Counted from the first letter of the stretch, positions 14,401-29,400 are shown. The stretch: 64,000 nucleotides of DNA from Phoronis australis (GCA_002633005.1 NMRA01000018.1:304291-368290), one strand, 5' to 3'. Numbers and translations are program-made. The notes: generated by a model not told the origin, from the letters alone.

Positions 14401-17400
14401 CAAATTTTACCTTCCGTTTTTAAATACAAATTCATATATCAGCATGTAACACATCTAAAAACAACCACGACAATGTAGCGTGAGTGAAATTCTTGCAGAA
14501 GTTTGAAATCTTTGGTTTTTGTAATTAGTAACTAGCGTATTTGTGTCTAACACAAAAACTATTGAAATGTAGTCAGATCTACTTGCGAAATCTTCACTAA
14601 AAAATTTTTATATATGCCACCGAGCTTATGGCAAGCATCCAGAAACAAACACACAAAAACAAAAACAACTGGTAAAGGTGAAAAAAAATTCTTAAGGCAA
14701 CTTCACAATACTAACTGTCAGTCAATGCTAACAAGGCTATAGTTGAGGCTAGTTAGATGAAGAAGCTCCTGTGGGTATAGATTATATGGTATGTAGGTCA
14801 ACAACAGAATGTAAATAACAAAGGACAATGGCCAACATATGCCTTGCCACTGAAACAATGGACAGGCAATATTGGTGATGTGTTAGAGGAAGCAGAGGAA
14901 ACAAGTCTTTGTAAGGATGTTCATGTTGTGGGTCCAGCTTATTGGATGCGGTTTTGAAGTCGTGAGGTGATTGGACTTAATGTATTAAAGGTTAGTAACT
15001 TTATGAAATATGAGAACGGAACGGAATAGAATGTTAATAACGACAATTGTTGTGTATTCAACCAATTTTAAATATCAGATAAGGGAAGGCATGCAATTAG
15101 TCTAATGATGGACGCAAGTAGTCAGTAATGAAGTGCGTAGAATGAGACTGACCAAAATCTAAAGGTTTCATCTAGAAATATTGTTATTTGTGCAAACATT
15201 TCCTACGCAAAAACTTGATTTTCTCAATTCGACTTTGAAACTGAGGTCAAAGTCAAAAAATTGAGTGGCGCCTAGAGATGCATTACCTGGCTACACCTCT
15301 GTACAGAATGGAACAAAATCTAAAGCTCTCTTTTTTGAATATCATGGCAACATTTTCTAACTAAAAACTTTATTTTCTAACCGTGACCTAGTTGAAAATA
15401 ATGTCAAGGTCACCAAAAGTGACTTGACACGCCCCCCCACACCTTGGCGCAAATGACGATAACTGCTCAGCCTTTTCACACATTCTAAATTTTCGAAAAC
15501 CCAAAATTATTAACAAAAACAATACTCTACCCTTCTTTTAATTCGAACATGGTGAAGAAGTCTGCACGTTTACTTTCTATTCATTCGCAGAATCCTTTGT
15601 GAATGCATGTTGACCTATTTCTAAAATTTCGCGCATCAATTATTAGCTCTCATCATGTTTACTTTCCATTCGTTTGCACATCCCTTGAAAGCATACTAAT
15701 GTATTGATAAAGTGGACATTCCCACTCACAATACTGCAGACATCGACCTATACTATTACTTTGCACATTGGTTGCTAATGATTTTTTACCTTCTATTCAT
15801 TTCGAACAGTGGCCTTATATTTCTGACCATTCAACTATTTTCGCAAAACCCATGCCTCTTGAAAAATTCAATTATTTTATTTAGTGAAATTGTAGAGTGG
15901 TTACCATACGTGCTTCCTTCTTGAGATATCATGCCAACAACATGCAATGTACAGACGTCGTAATGTAGACGACAGTCATGAATAGTGTGTCCCCTGTTTC
16001 ACGCTAACTCATGTCGGAAGATAAAAAATGTTAATAAAGAAGCTAGAAGATGGGGACTCATTTAGACTAGAAATACTTAATATAATAGGAAAAAATAATG
16101 ACTAAAAGTATCTTTCGTGTGTTTCTCACAGCAAAAACTCCTGTGTTCTTTGATGACTGGTTTTTAAAACACAAACCGGTTGCTAAAATAATTTTGTCTT
16201 AATATACTAATTAAGTTTAGAATTTATATGAAAAATAAAATAAAATTTAGGAGAAAAGGAAGCAGATTAGAAGTGAAGCCCACTCATCAAAAGCAGAAAT
16301 TATCACTTGGCATGAATGTAGCCAAGTCTCAGGGAGATAATACACGCTAGTCGTTACATACTTAAATTCCCCTAGACTGTTAAAACCAAGAAATTTCCAA
16401 CATCAGGATCTGATCCAGAATCAATTGTCAGTTGGATTTATCTTGACAGACACGCCTATTGTGTTGATACACAATGCTGTGGTAGTTGAAGGAGTGTGTA
16501 CTACACTCCTTGGTGGTAGTAACCAAGTCACAGCTGACAATCACACAAAGGAATCAGCAAGTGAAAGTTAAGTCTAATGTCTCTGAAAGTTATCTGTTTT
16601 CCCCCGTTTGAAGTTTTCTGGTGACAACATTTCATGGAAAACGCATCTCCTTCACATTTGTTGAAAACTGTTTGGAAATAGTATTTTTTATAAATTAGTG
16701 TAGTATCCGGCGTGCTTTTTTCAATATAACTGCTGGATTAGGTGAACTTATCAGATGAACGCAGACTATGACAGGGCTGGACAATCTAATCATTGATTTG
16801 ACAACTTTCTCCCCACGCTATCACTTTCAAACGACACTGCTGACTCCCAAGTTCCCGATCAGTGAAATCAGGAAACTCACACCACAGCGCAGGAGCATAA
16901 CAATTGGCTTACCTGAAGCAAATGAAGATTATTAAATATAATAATATTCAACAATGGGTATCAGTGCTATTAACAGTAATGCCAAGTCACCAGTGACCTG
17001 TCGTATAAGTTCTTAGTGGATAACAACAGTGATAACTAGAAATATTATTGTCACGGCATGACAATAATGAACTCTGCAAGTGCGTATTACTGGAATTGTT
17101 TTGGGAAGTTACTGACAGCAACCCGTTTACCAATATGAAAAGGAATTCTTAAAAAATGTAAGAGAAATTACATGTTTACATTTTGATGACCTTTCCACTA
17201 ATTGACCTCTTCCGGTGCATTATGAACCCCGACAAGGGAATAACTGTAAACTCGATTTAAAGTGTGGTTAATGATAAGAATCACAGATGTTTTACTTTAA
17301 GCACTTCAGAATATAAGATGATGAATTGGTCAAACTTTCAGAAGAAAAATACACCCAATGACCCCATGGGTACACCAAATGACCAGAAAATTTAGAATTC

Positions 17401-20400
17401 AAACTCAATCACACTTAGTAAACAGATATGTAATTTTGAAGTCTCTAGCTCAAAATTTTAGTTTGCATTCAATGACCTTTGACCTATTTTTTCTGATTGG
17501 TTAGGCCTATTGCGAAATAAAGTAGGGTATTCATGGCATGTTGACTTACACCAGTGTGCTGAAATTGAAAAGAATTCCTTGAAAAATATAAGAGATGTAA
17601 CATTTTGACTGTTACATGACCTTTGCACTAATTGACCCTATCCGATGCATTATAAGCCTGTTTAGGAGCATTATTGCAAAGCCCATGAAAAATGTGTTTA
17701 ATGATGAGAATCACAGTTGTCTAACGGTTGACACATCAGAATGCTTGCTGATTTGAAAAGATCAAATTTTCAGAAGAAAAATGCACCTAATGACCCCATG
17801 TTTGCACTAAATGACCTGAAACTTTGGATTCTGAATTGAATTGCCTGTGTCAATCAGACCTGTGAATTTGAAGTGTCTAGCTCAAAATTCTAGTTTGCAC
17901 CTAATGACCTTTGACCTATTTAACCTGATTGGATGACCCGATTACTTAGAAAAGTAATTTTTTAAATTGCCTTCTTGACTTATACTTGTGCACAGAATTT
18001 GAAAAAAATAGCTTTTAAATTAAAGGAGTAGCATTTTAAAAATTACATGACTTTTGCACTAAATGACCTCTTCCGGTGCATTAAGGAATATGAATATATA
18101 ATGAATCAACATTTATAAACTGCCTAAAATCATATATTAAATTTGAAGAACATACCTCCAACTGTTTTGGAGTTATTAAGTGTCAAAGTTGGTCGGAAGA
18201 AGAATAAGAATAAGAATAAGAACAAAATTGAAGAAAACCCAGGAACAACAGTACTCTGCGCTTACAGGCGCAGAGTAATTATCTTGCATCACTTAGCATA
18301 GTTACAGTTGGACAATGGAACCAACAAATGTACCCAACAAGCAAATAATTTTTATACAACCCAACCAAGAGTTAATTACAATGATCAAAGCAGTAAACAG
18401 TACCAAAATGAGAAAGAATATTACAATCATTTGAAATGGTAATGCCATGCATAAAGTTAAATGTTGGGATAACAACAAGGACAATACAATGTTGGGTCAC
18501 AAAGATCACATTGTCAGTGTTAGACAATCTGATAACCTTAACATGTTAAACATTGACAAAAGATCCTAATTTCATGCAACCCTGTGGGAGCTAAATGATA
18601 TAATTCAGGAATAGAACAGGGAACTGCAGTCCCTTGATGCACATTATAGGTTATTTCATACTGCCTCAACACATGGTCTGAGTGCAGCATCGATGTAAAC
18701 TGCGGAGTTAACTGAACCGTTCATACCAGCTTTGGTTGTTAACGGATATTGAAGTAAATGGTAGGTGACGCTGTCATCATCGAAGTAATTCCAAGGTACC
18801 GCTGATGCATCGCGTGTAAGCTAAGACTTTTTTAATTTGGCTATTTGAGAACATTTATAAGTGCTATTTGACAAAAAAGTTATTTCTAATTTCATTGGTG
18901 ATTATTCGAGCAAAATATAAGCAACTAGCTACGACACTGCTCTTTAGTTGTTGACGATAGCACTGTGGCCCTTGGCGATAACTGTAATGGGGCCGAAGTT
19001 GAGTGTTTATACGACACCACAGCATCGACACTCCACTGTTAAATCCACCTGTTTACAGTGAAGTTAACTTTGTCTGGTGCTGTAAACTTCAATCCAGGTA
19101 CATTAGAAAATCACAACGAAAAATGGAACTTAGTACATATATAACGCTGGTAAATGTTTATGAAAAACTATGTTTATGTACATTTGTATTGGAATTGTCA
19201 AATTGTTACAATAAATGTTAAAAATAAACGTCGATCCATGACTGAATCCATTCATACTGCCCGCAATTCCCCAAATCGACGCGTCATCGTTAGTATGTAA
19301 GGGCCTTATGAGGTCATGCTGCCAGATGCCCCGACCCTTTCAGCAACATTGTTGGTCATCTAGAGTTATTCCCTAGATCACCTATCCTATCTTCTAGTCT
19401 TATCATTGCATAATGTTCCTATTATGAAATCAACCACAGAGTATTCCAGATGTAAACTTTTAGTAAAATAGACTTTCATTGCCATTCGTGAATACGTAAC
19501 TTTCCAAAGAGAAATTGCATAAATAAAAACCTTCCACCTGAATGCTTCCTCTAAATTATAGTTAAAAACTAGATTCTTGAGCTATTACAGATTAAGGCTT
19601 CTGGGACTCTGAAATGCTTCTGAGCCTCAGTCGAAGTTGTCAAGGTTTTTTTAGTATATTCAAACGGAAAACTATCTCCATTTCAGAAATTGTGAATATA
19701 AAAAATTTAACAATAGATGGTCCTTTCTGGCTCTTCTTTTCTTGAGTACGTACGAGTCATAATTTTGTTGTCAGGTCTTGAGATGCGTGCGTGTGGATGC
19801 GGTTTGTCTGTCTGTTTGTCTGTCTGTGTGCGTGCGTGCATGTGTGTGTGTGTGTCTTATGTATATTGTACATTGGTTCCGTGTTTTCAATAAATGTAAT
19901 AGAAAAAAGGCTTCAGGTGTTTAAATTCCCACATGTCACTCTTCTCTTTTGAAGAAGTAGAAAAAAATGCATTTGTATGATTGACTTAACTTTCCAAAGA
20001 ATCGCTTAAAAACATTTCTGAGCTATCAGACAAGCAGAGAATGATTGATCATGTTTCACTCACCTTTTCAATTTGTTTATATCTGCATTAGAACTTTCTA
20101 TGCAACATTAAAACTTGCGGGCACCACTAAGTAACAAACTAAAATATGCAACAATAAAACTTGCGGGCACCACTAAGTAGCAAACTAAAACTAACTCAAA
20201 ATAGTCATGACCAGATTAATTCCTATTGTTACAACTCCTTACCCCAAAGTTTCTGAAACTACCGAAAGCCCAAATGGAAAAAATTCCAAAACACTTAAAG
20301 TGTACACAACATGACTCTAGTACCTCAAAATAAATTTTATTATTATATCTTACTTGATTTCAGTGCCTTTAGTGCACAGCTCATAAAGAAACACGCAAAA

Positions 20401-23400
20401 ATTGAAAAAAATAATAATTATGTACAACGTCATGGGTTGAACCCAAGTCGTTTGCCATACCGTTCGGATCTGAGACAAAGTGTCGAGAAGGTTCGTAGAG
20501 GGATCAAAAGATGTGTTTCGGAGGCTGCAGCAACAGCAGCCAGGCGGAAAAAGTCTCGGTGTTCCAAAGGACACCAAAGTTGCGCAGAAGTGGCATGACT
20601 TCGTGCGCCGAACGAGAGTGTGGGAAGTCATCGTGGACCAAGCAATTCGGTACGGGGCCACTCTGTGTTCTGCCCACTTCGAGGACTCGTGTTTCGACTC
20701 CAGTCACAGGAGACGATGAAGGCCTGGTTCAATAAAGGACAATATTTATCATTCAGAAACATCAGCTCTTAATTCAGGATCGTCTGTTGGATGACTGGGT
20801 TGACTCGCCGAGCCCGAGGCCGCTTCTCTCGCGGGAGGATCCAGTTTACAAGGCTCAAAGTAGAAAAGTACGCAGCCGGAAGCACATTAAACTTGTTCTC
20901 GCTTTCGTGCAACCCCATTTCCTCATCCTGGCCACCATTCTCATACGTTTCTTCATAGTATTCGTTCAATTCTTGCTCATAATCGTGGTCACTTTCAAAT
21001 TCCCTGGTCTCCGCCATTGTTCAATGCTAGTCACTGATCTCTTGTGTTCAACCCATGATGTCACATGGCGGGAAATGTGAAAATTGGCAAAATTGAAAGA
21101 AAAATCAAAATTTTGAGCTAATTACACAAAATAAACATAGGTTTAGCTAAATTTTACGTCATACATTTAGTCTGTGGCCACCGGTAATTCAAAATGTGCA
21201 AAAATCCATGGTGTGTACTGTTTAATATCTTACTACGCCAAAATTTAAATAATACCCCCAAAAAGAATTTTAATGACCACTCAGGAGCGTTACCATGAAA
21301 GCGATGAAGTCATTCACTTGAAGCAAGATGGCTGAGCTAGATGGCACACATTTGAGTGGCAAGACGTTGGTCAACATTAAGCCCTAGCGTAACTCGGGTA
21401 CCAACGTCATCACTTTGATGGGTCACATGCTCCTGGATGGTCACGTGCTCCTGGCATAACTTGAGATTTTTGCTGGCACGACTCGATCCTGGCATGGTAC
21501 GAAATAGTTCTGATGAGCTAAAAAATCAATCTAATATGAAATAAAATCACTGGTTTTGGATTATTCATTGTTTTGGACAAGATTTTAATTCTTCAGTGGA
21601 ATAGAGAAATGTGCTTTGGAATTTCTTTCCGTTTTGGATTTCCATAGAAAACCCAGACATGTTTGCCTTGCTTATTGAAGTAAGTTATGTATTGTACGTG
21701 AATATCTCTAATTTAATGAACTGGACATGTAATTAACGATCACGAGCCAAAGTCTTTCAGATGTTAATTTAAAATTCATGAAATTTCAATACTTCCTAAT
21801 TGTTAAAAATCAAAGACCTAAAACGTATCAATTTTTCATGATGAAAGATTCGTGAATGTTATTTTTCCAAATGTTAGGTTTTAAGGTTTGCAAATTAAGT
21901 CTAAACTGTTTACCAAGACTGTTTATGACCTGATCAGATGACCCTTTCAAGCCTAATGCCAACTCTATAACTAGATCAGCTCAAGGCACGAGAAGAATTG
22001 GAGCCATAGCTTTTTGATGCGGTTACATACCACTTTCCTGGGACTATGAGGTAAAAATGCATGGATTCCTATAAAAATGTGTGGAAAAGATGTAGCTCAA
22101 GGATATTGTTGATGGTGCTTAGCATGGCAATAGCTTTAAACAGTGGGGGCACTGGTGACAAGCAGATGCGTAGCGTTGTGGGTAATATATAAAGCATACT
22201 GCAGAATTAGCCGAGAGAATACACTGTACATGGTATGCTGGGAAGTGACTCTTGAGAAACTATAAAATCATGGAGTGTGCATTGAGGTGAGTATGGCATT
22301 TCAAAACAATGTTTTTGAAGAGTCAGAGGAGGGCACTATCCAAGCGACTTATTGTATTTATGTGGGCTTAACTTCACGCAAGGACCCAATAAAACATCCA
22401 CTGAATGCCAACATTAGTGTTTATAGTGATGACCTGCTTGTTTTTAGAGTTGAACCTTTTTATAGATGAGCTTTTAGACAAGGGAACACTTTACTGACCA
22501 GAAAGTATCTCTTAATTTGAACTAAAATAATTGCTGAAATAGTCATTCTATCAACTTTCTACTAACAGCTAAGTGTTCAGAATTTCACCATGTGTTGGTT
22601 GATGACAAGCTGTACAACACAAACTGTGATAACGATGAAGTAAAAATTTCTTTCTAAGAAATTTGACAAAACGAAACTTCATGTGGTCCAGCCAACGGAG
22701 TTCTAAATTGAACTAATGGTGGGCAGATAGCCAAAGAAGGGAGAGGGGATTTGAAGTGAAAACAATTATCTTTAAGACTCATGGGATAATTTATTTTAGC
22801 TTTTTGGCATCCGCTGATATTGAAATTCTCACGGTATATCAGCCACACCTACTGGCTTTGATATGGATTCATCGTCATCCATCGATATTTCAAGAGGTTT
22901 GCCTTTTCCTGTCAGGCATTAATTAGTACACCATACCGAACAGCAACTGGAAATTTGCCGGTCTTATGATAGCAGGAAAGGTGTTAAAATGCTAAGTTGA
23001 AACTTTCTGATCAGTAGATGGCGCTGAACGCCTGTCCACTAATGACCTGGGGCCCGTTCCAACAAAACTGACTTAGCTAAGACAAATCTTAAATTTTATT
23101 AAATTTTAAAGTAAAAGTTGAATTTGTCTCAAAACCAATTCAATAAAGAGATCTTAAGTATGACTTAAGTGTTTGGCATAAGTTTTGTCTTAATTTTGAT
23201 TAACTTTCGGAATGTGGAAATTTCAAAGTTTGGAAGTTAAGACAAATCTTAAACTTAAGTAAAAAAACAAACTTAAGTCAGTTTCTTGGAACAGGCCCCT
23301 GATTGCCATCTGGTTGGATAATGAATTTCAATATGGGGTGGCTATTTTAAAAATCAGTTACGATGAAATCTAACCAACTGATGCAGCCTCACAGTCTTAT

Positions 23401-26400
23401 GCAGAAATACACTTCAGTGATTTCATACAAAACTAATTGGTAAAACTAAAACTTTTCCATTTTTTAAAGGCTGATTAAACTTTAGTTCAAATAACCAAAA
23501 AAATTACCAAAAGTTGTTTGGTGACATCTACTCAGAACATACCACAGATTAAGATTTTCTTAATCTTCATTTTGCGGAGAAATTTGACAAAATAGAATAT
23601 CACTTGTTGGCCATATTGTGCCAAATAAAGGCCTGTTCACGCCAGTCCCTTTAGTGGAAAATTTTGCGAAATTTTGCAAAATCGGAAATGCGGAAAAAAT
23701 TATCGCACAAACGCAAAAATATCGCAATCCACGTTTCGCAAAATTTTTTGGAATTTACTGTTTGTTACAGCTGTTTATGTAAGCATGATAAGATATTACT
23801 TGCCAGGAACCAGACAGCTAACAAGACGCAAATAGCACTGCAGATTCCACAGGCATTCACGCCAAAAACGACGTGATCTGATGAGGAGATATACCTGCAA
23901 ACCTGTGACAACACGCAGGTCCATCATTTTTCTCAAGTACACTAACATCATTGCTAAATGATGACGAAGCTGAGATCCGAGACAAACATGTCGAGCCAAA
24001 CATTCCTTCTACAGACTGACCACTAATCGCTGTCTTCTAACACTGACGCATGTACATTACGCTAAAGCGTCATGAGAGGCCGTCCGGAGTTGGTATATGG
24101 TGCAACTCCGGACGGTCTGGGCTCAACAGAAAATCACAGTTCTACTGTGAGTGTACACCAATATGATAATCGAGAGTAGTTCTACTCGCCGCGTCAGCTG
24201 CAGGTATCATTATCTCTTTTATGACACACAATGTGTGACTGGGCAATGCTTTTTCAAAATAGTGTTAAAGCCGGTGGTGCGTGAGACCCCTGAGGTCCCT
24301 GTCAAGTCCTCACGCCATAATAACCGCCCAGGCGCTTAGAAAAGTTCATTTCGGGGGGGGGAGGGCCTCATTATAACCAAAGGCCGTTGAAACCCGGTCT
24401 CCGAAACGGGTAAAAGCGGAAGCTAAGATTCATCATATTTACACTCTGTGACGTATCTGTAATCTATGAAAGACTTTCTACAAAACCATGGGCCATTGCT
24501 ATCAAACTTTGCTGCTAAATTATGATCATTTTACAGAAAACTGTGCTGAAATCCCTTAGGGCTAAAACTCGCCGACTGCCCGCCTCGTAACTGACGATAT
24601 GGCGACTTGAATGCTTGAATAAAAATACAGTTTTGACACAAGCAAATTACCTGAAATCCTCCTTAAGTTTTCCAAGGAGCGTCCCTAAGAATTTTAAGTT
24701 CCCGTGGAGTCGGGATCACGGCAGGTTTAAGTACAAATCTGTGCTACATCGTGCCATCTACATGTATGATCGGCAACATGAGAAAAATGTCTGGACGAAC
24801 ACACGTGTTGTTGTCACGTGACGTTTGTTTTGAAGTTGTCTGCGTTTGTGAGTAAGCGANCACAGTTCTACTGTGAGTGTACACCAATATGATAATCGAG
24901 AGTAGTTCTACTCGCCGCGTCAGCTGCAGGTATCATTATCTCTTTTATGACACACAATGTGTGACTGGGCAATGCTTTTTCAAAATAGTGTTAAAGCCGG
25001 TGGTGCGTGAGACCCCTGAGGTCCCTGTCAAGTCCTCACGCCGTAATAACCGCCCAGGCGCTTAGAAAAGTTCGTTTCGGGGGGGGGGCCTCATTAGAAC
25101 CAAAGGCCGTTGAAACCCGGTCTCCGAAACGGGTAAAAGCGGAAGCTAAGATTCATCATATTTACGCTCTGTGACGTATCTGTAATCTATGAAAGACTTT
25201 TTACAAAACCATGGTGCATTGCTATCAAACTTTGCTGCTAAATTATGATCATTTTACACAAAACTGTGCTGAAATCCCAGGGCTAAAACTCGCCGGCTGC
25301 CCGCCTCGCAACTGACGATATGGCGACTTGAATGCTTGAATAAAAATACAGTTTTGACACAAGCAAATTACCTGAAATCCTCCTTAAGTTTTCCAAGGAG
25401 CGTCCCTAAGAATTTTAAGTTCCCATGGAGTCGGGATCACGGCAGGTTTAAGTACAAATCTGTGCTACATCGTGCCATCTACATGTATGATCGGCAACAT
25501 GAGAAAAATGTCTGGACTAACACACGTGTTGTTGTCACGTGACGTTTGTTTTGAAGTTGTCTGCGTTTGTGAGTAAGCGAGTGCGTGCGTGTCACCAGAG
25601 TTCATTTGCCAGAGCAGATACTGTCTTTTGGCCATAGCCACGCAATCTAACGAGCTAGATGTGCATTGTATCTAAAGAAATTTGCACAAGCGGTAGGCCT
25701 AAACCAGAGTGTTTCATTCAGCACTTGCCGGTCTCATGTGCTAAAACGTTCGACATTTGTCTTGGTAAGGCCATATTAGTCGCCATGTGGCTGGATGCGT
25801 ACTTGATTATCTGACAGTTATTTTTCGGTGTAAAGGTGTGTAAGCATTCACTGTCAGTTGTCATTTTATAGAATATTTGGCTTAAAAACACCAATTATGG
25901 TTAATCAAACAATTCATCTTAAAAATAACAAACATTTTTTTATAGTAATAGAAACTGTCGGAAATTAGTGCCAATATTCATTTCTTATCGATGCTGATAG
26001 TTCCCGACTAATGTCTTTGATGACAGGTTCATGTACGTAGCACGTGCTTCCTGGCCACGTGCTTTTAACACTGGCCAAGCATTTAATTAGTCTTCGATTC
26101 ACGGTTTTCACGTGTAGGCCTACAAAGAAATTTGGATTCCTGTTGGAAACGGGAAATATCTACAAACCAATGCCGTAGACAAGTACACTACTTCTGTTCT
26201 GAAAGTCCAGACCATTGGTCCTCGCAATATCAGCAGGAACTTTGTGTTCGTTTTGAGGCATGGTGGAAGTTTGAAGTGTATAGTCACGGCTAAATACCGA
26301 CAAAGCGGCGAGGCTCATGGTCTACAAATTCTGCGCACAATGATTTTTTCAGGACTGTCGGATATTACTGATAAATTGAAGACGTTACTGTAGAATTTTA

Positions 26401-29400
26401 GGACTGTAGGTAAGGCATTTTTCGCACGTACACGTTCATGGACTGGGCGCTTATTTTAGCAAAGTCTGAAAACGTGTGGGGGTGCTTATAGGGGCATGGG
26501 TGATTATTGGGGTGAATACGGTATGTCATTAGCGGAAGATGGAGATTGCGGAATGTGACAAAAGTCACATCAACATTTGGCGATTGCAGAATTTTTTGCA
26601 GAATAAAATTGGACATTTTTCACACAAAGCTATTGCTGGAGTAAATACACCTGGAGTGAGGAATAACCACACTTTGAGCTTACTGAATAATGCTGATTTC
26701 TTGTGGTACATAATCTTTAAATTTAAGCTGAAGTCGGCCAGCACCAGTTGCGGGCTTCAGCATTGAATCTACTGACAAGTTAATTCTAATTACTAATTTT
26801 CTGATTCATTAATTCAACATCATGTCAGCCTTTTACTACTGAAATCATCTTGGTAATTATCTAGATAATTTGTGTCAATAACAATGTTATTCTAAAATAT
26901 TTATTTACCAGTTTTCACTTGCTTGACATATTTGTTTTGAATAACTGCTACCATAATTTTTAGAGACTTATTCTGAAGAATGCAAATTCATCAAAACTAA
27001 TACAAATCACATTCACTTTCATCTATTTCCTATCACCTGTGCCATTAGTGAGTGATGACAGCATCTTGACAGCTAAGACACACACAACATGCAGGCACAC
27101 AGTTCCCTAATTACATTCTTTTACCTCGCATCACGACAGCACCGATCATAAAATCAATTTCTCTCCCACCAATGACAGGCCAGCTCTTATCAAACATCAG
27201 AAACGCTGTCAACGACCCCATCCTCTCTGTGCTAATAACAATACAGTCAATATACCTGAGCCCAGTCTACCTGCAGTTATCGGTATAACATACAGTTATT
27301 GATTAGTATGGTAATAACTAGCACACAAGAGTTAAGGCTACTTGACTGTCTAAACTGAGTAGCTCAATATATAGCAGTGCATATACAGTGCAAGCAAGAT
27401 TTCTGGAGACAAAGTGATGGCATACAACACTCAAGCTATGGTGTAATGAATCCACTCGGGTAAGAACGATAAGCTAGTATTATTGATGAACTAGTGAGGG
27501 CAAAGTAGTATTGGCCAGTTTGTCATCACACCTAGGATATAACTATAAGAAACGGAGCAAGTGTAAAAAGTCCCACATCACGCATACAATAGCAAAACTT
27601 TCACGATTGTGCATGTTCAGATAGTTGGTGCAAAGCCTACTGGGATTGATCAGCATATATCAATCACAAGTAGGCTCACTTGAAACTGTGTGACCAGCAT
27701 ACTAGTCGACTCTGTTTTACTTTTACCACAATAATGTTTTGAACAAAATGTAGCATACTATAAAGCACTGACCTTCTAGACACAGTGGCATCTGCTACAT
27801 TAACAATGTACTATCCCGCCACTCTCATGCATCACGTTCACCACCCACCTTCCCATCAACATAAAAACTGCCATATCAACCAAAATTTTTAACATGGATT
27901 TGCAGTAGCAAAGCAGTCTAGCGACTACGGAAAAAGCGTAGCAGTAACGCTACCTGTGGGCGCTACAACACACTACAATCATGTCAAAAATGTAGCAAGT
28001 TGCCGTGAAAGACTGATCTGTCGATAACAAAATATTTTGCTGCAATTCTGATAAGACAAAGCTTGAAATTATCATAAGGCCCTTTCATATTGACTTAACT
28101 CCGGTCTGAGCGGAGCGTCGACTTAAACAGCGCAGTTAACCGGACCGTTCATACTGGCTTCGGTAGTTTATGACCATCGAAGTAAAGGGTTGGTGACGCT
28201 GACGTCATCAAAGTTATCGCAAGGTAGCGCTGCACGCTAAGATTTTTTTCAATGTGACAATTTGGGAACATTTAAATGTACTAAATGACATTAAACTCAT
28301 TTTTAAATCGATTGGTTATCATTAGAGCAAAAAATAAGTAGTTATTAGTGATGGCACTACTCTGTAAAGGTTGACGATAACAGTGGCACCTGGCGATAAC
28401 TTCGATTGGACCGGAGTTGAGCGTTCACATACTGCACCGCAGCGTCGACACTGAGGTCTTAAATTCACCTGTTAACTGCGATGTTAACTGGAGCTGTTAA
28501 GTGCGATCCAGGACCGGAGTTAAGCATTCATACTGACCGCAACTCCCCAAACCATCGACGCGTTGAGGTTAGTATGAAAGGCCCTATACAGTGACTTGTC
28601 ACTCATCGACCAAAGTGGTACTTGTTTACAGGTTGAAAACATCAGCTGGTGATGTAGATGGATGAATGTTTACATGTCTTGCCTTTATGATCGACATATG
28701 TCCCGAATAATAGATAAATGATACGTGTGTTGCAAGCTCGTTACCAGAGATGAAAAGGAGACCGAGGTAGGCGATATAAGGTCATTTATTATGACTAATA
28801 TAATTACAATATAATGAATACAGGTAAATAACACAAAAATGGTAATCTCTGGTAAAATGGGCAATAAAAAAGCGCCGGCCACGTGGAAGTATGAGAGAAT
28901 GACGAAAACTGGGAGGTAGAGGGTGGGAAAAATTAATAAGTTTTGGAACGTATGACAATGTGGCTGGAACAAAGGTGAACTGAAAGCGAGGTTACAATAA
29001 CAAAGAAAAAACGCCTAAGGACACGTGACAATCATCAGCCTATAAGAGCCAAGAGCTGACCAAACTCGAGGCACGTGATAACAACAGACCAATACGAAGG
29101 CTGAGAAAACGTCGTGTAGTCCTGCACGAGGGAATAATGGAATAGACCGAAATGAGGGGGGGAAAGGAGTAAGGCTGGTCCACATGCTCACATAAATATA
29201 TTTAACAAGTGAAATACCATTATGATCCACATATATCCCGAATAATAGATAAATGACACGTGCATCGCAAGCTCATTACCAGAGATGAAAAGGAGACCGA
29301 GGTAGGCGATATAAGGTCATTTATTATGACTAATATAATTACAATATAATGATTACAGGTAAATAACATAAAAATGATCTCCAGTTGATCATCAGAGATG

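Noticed and set aside
20480-20735. Functional THAP-domain host gene
   Set aside because: The domain is split across frames by indels and sits inside TIR/TTAA boundaries.
24151-25542. Pairs of near-identical short ORFs (62 and 68 aa)
   Set aside because: Products of the N-joined duplication, with no recognisable protein features.
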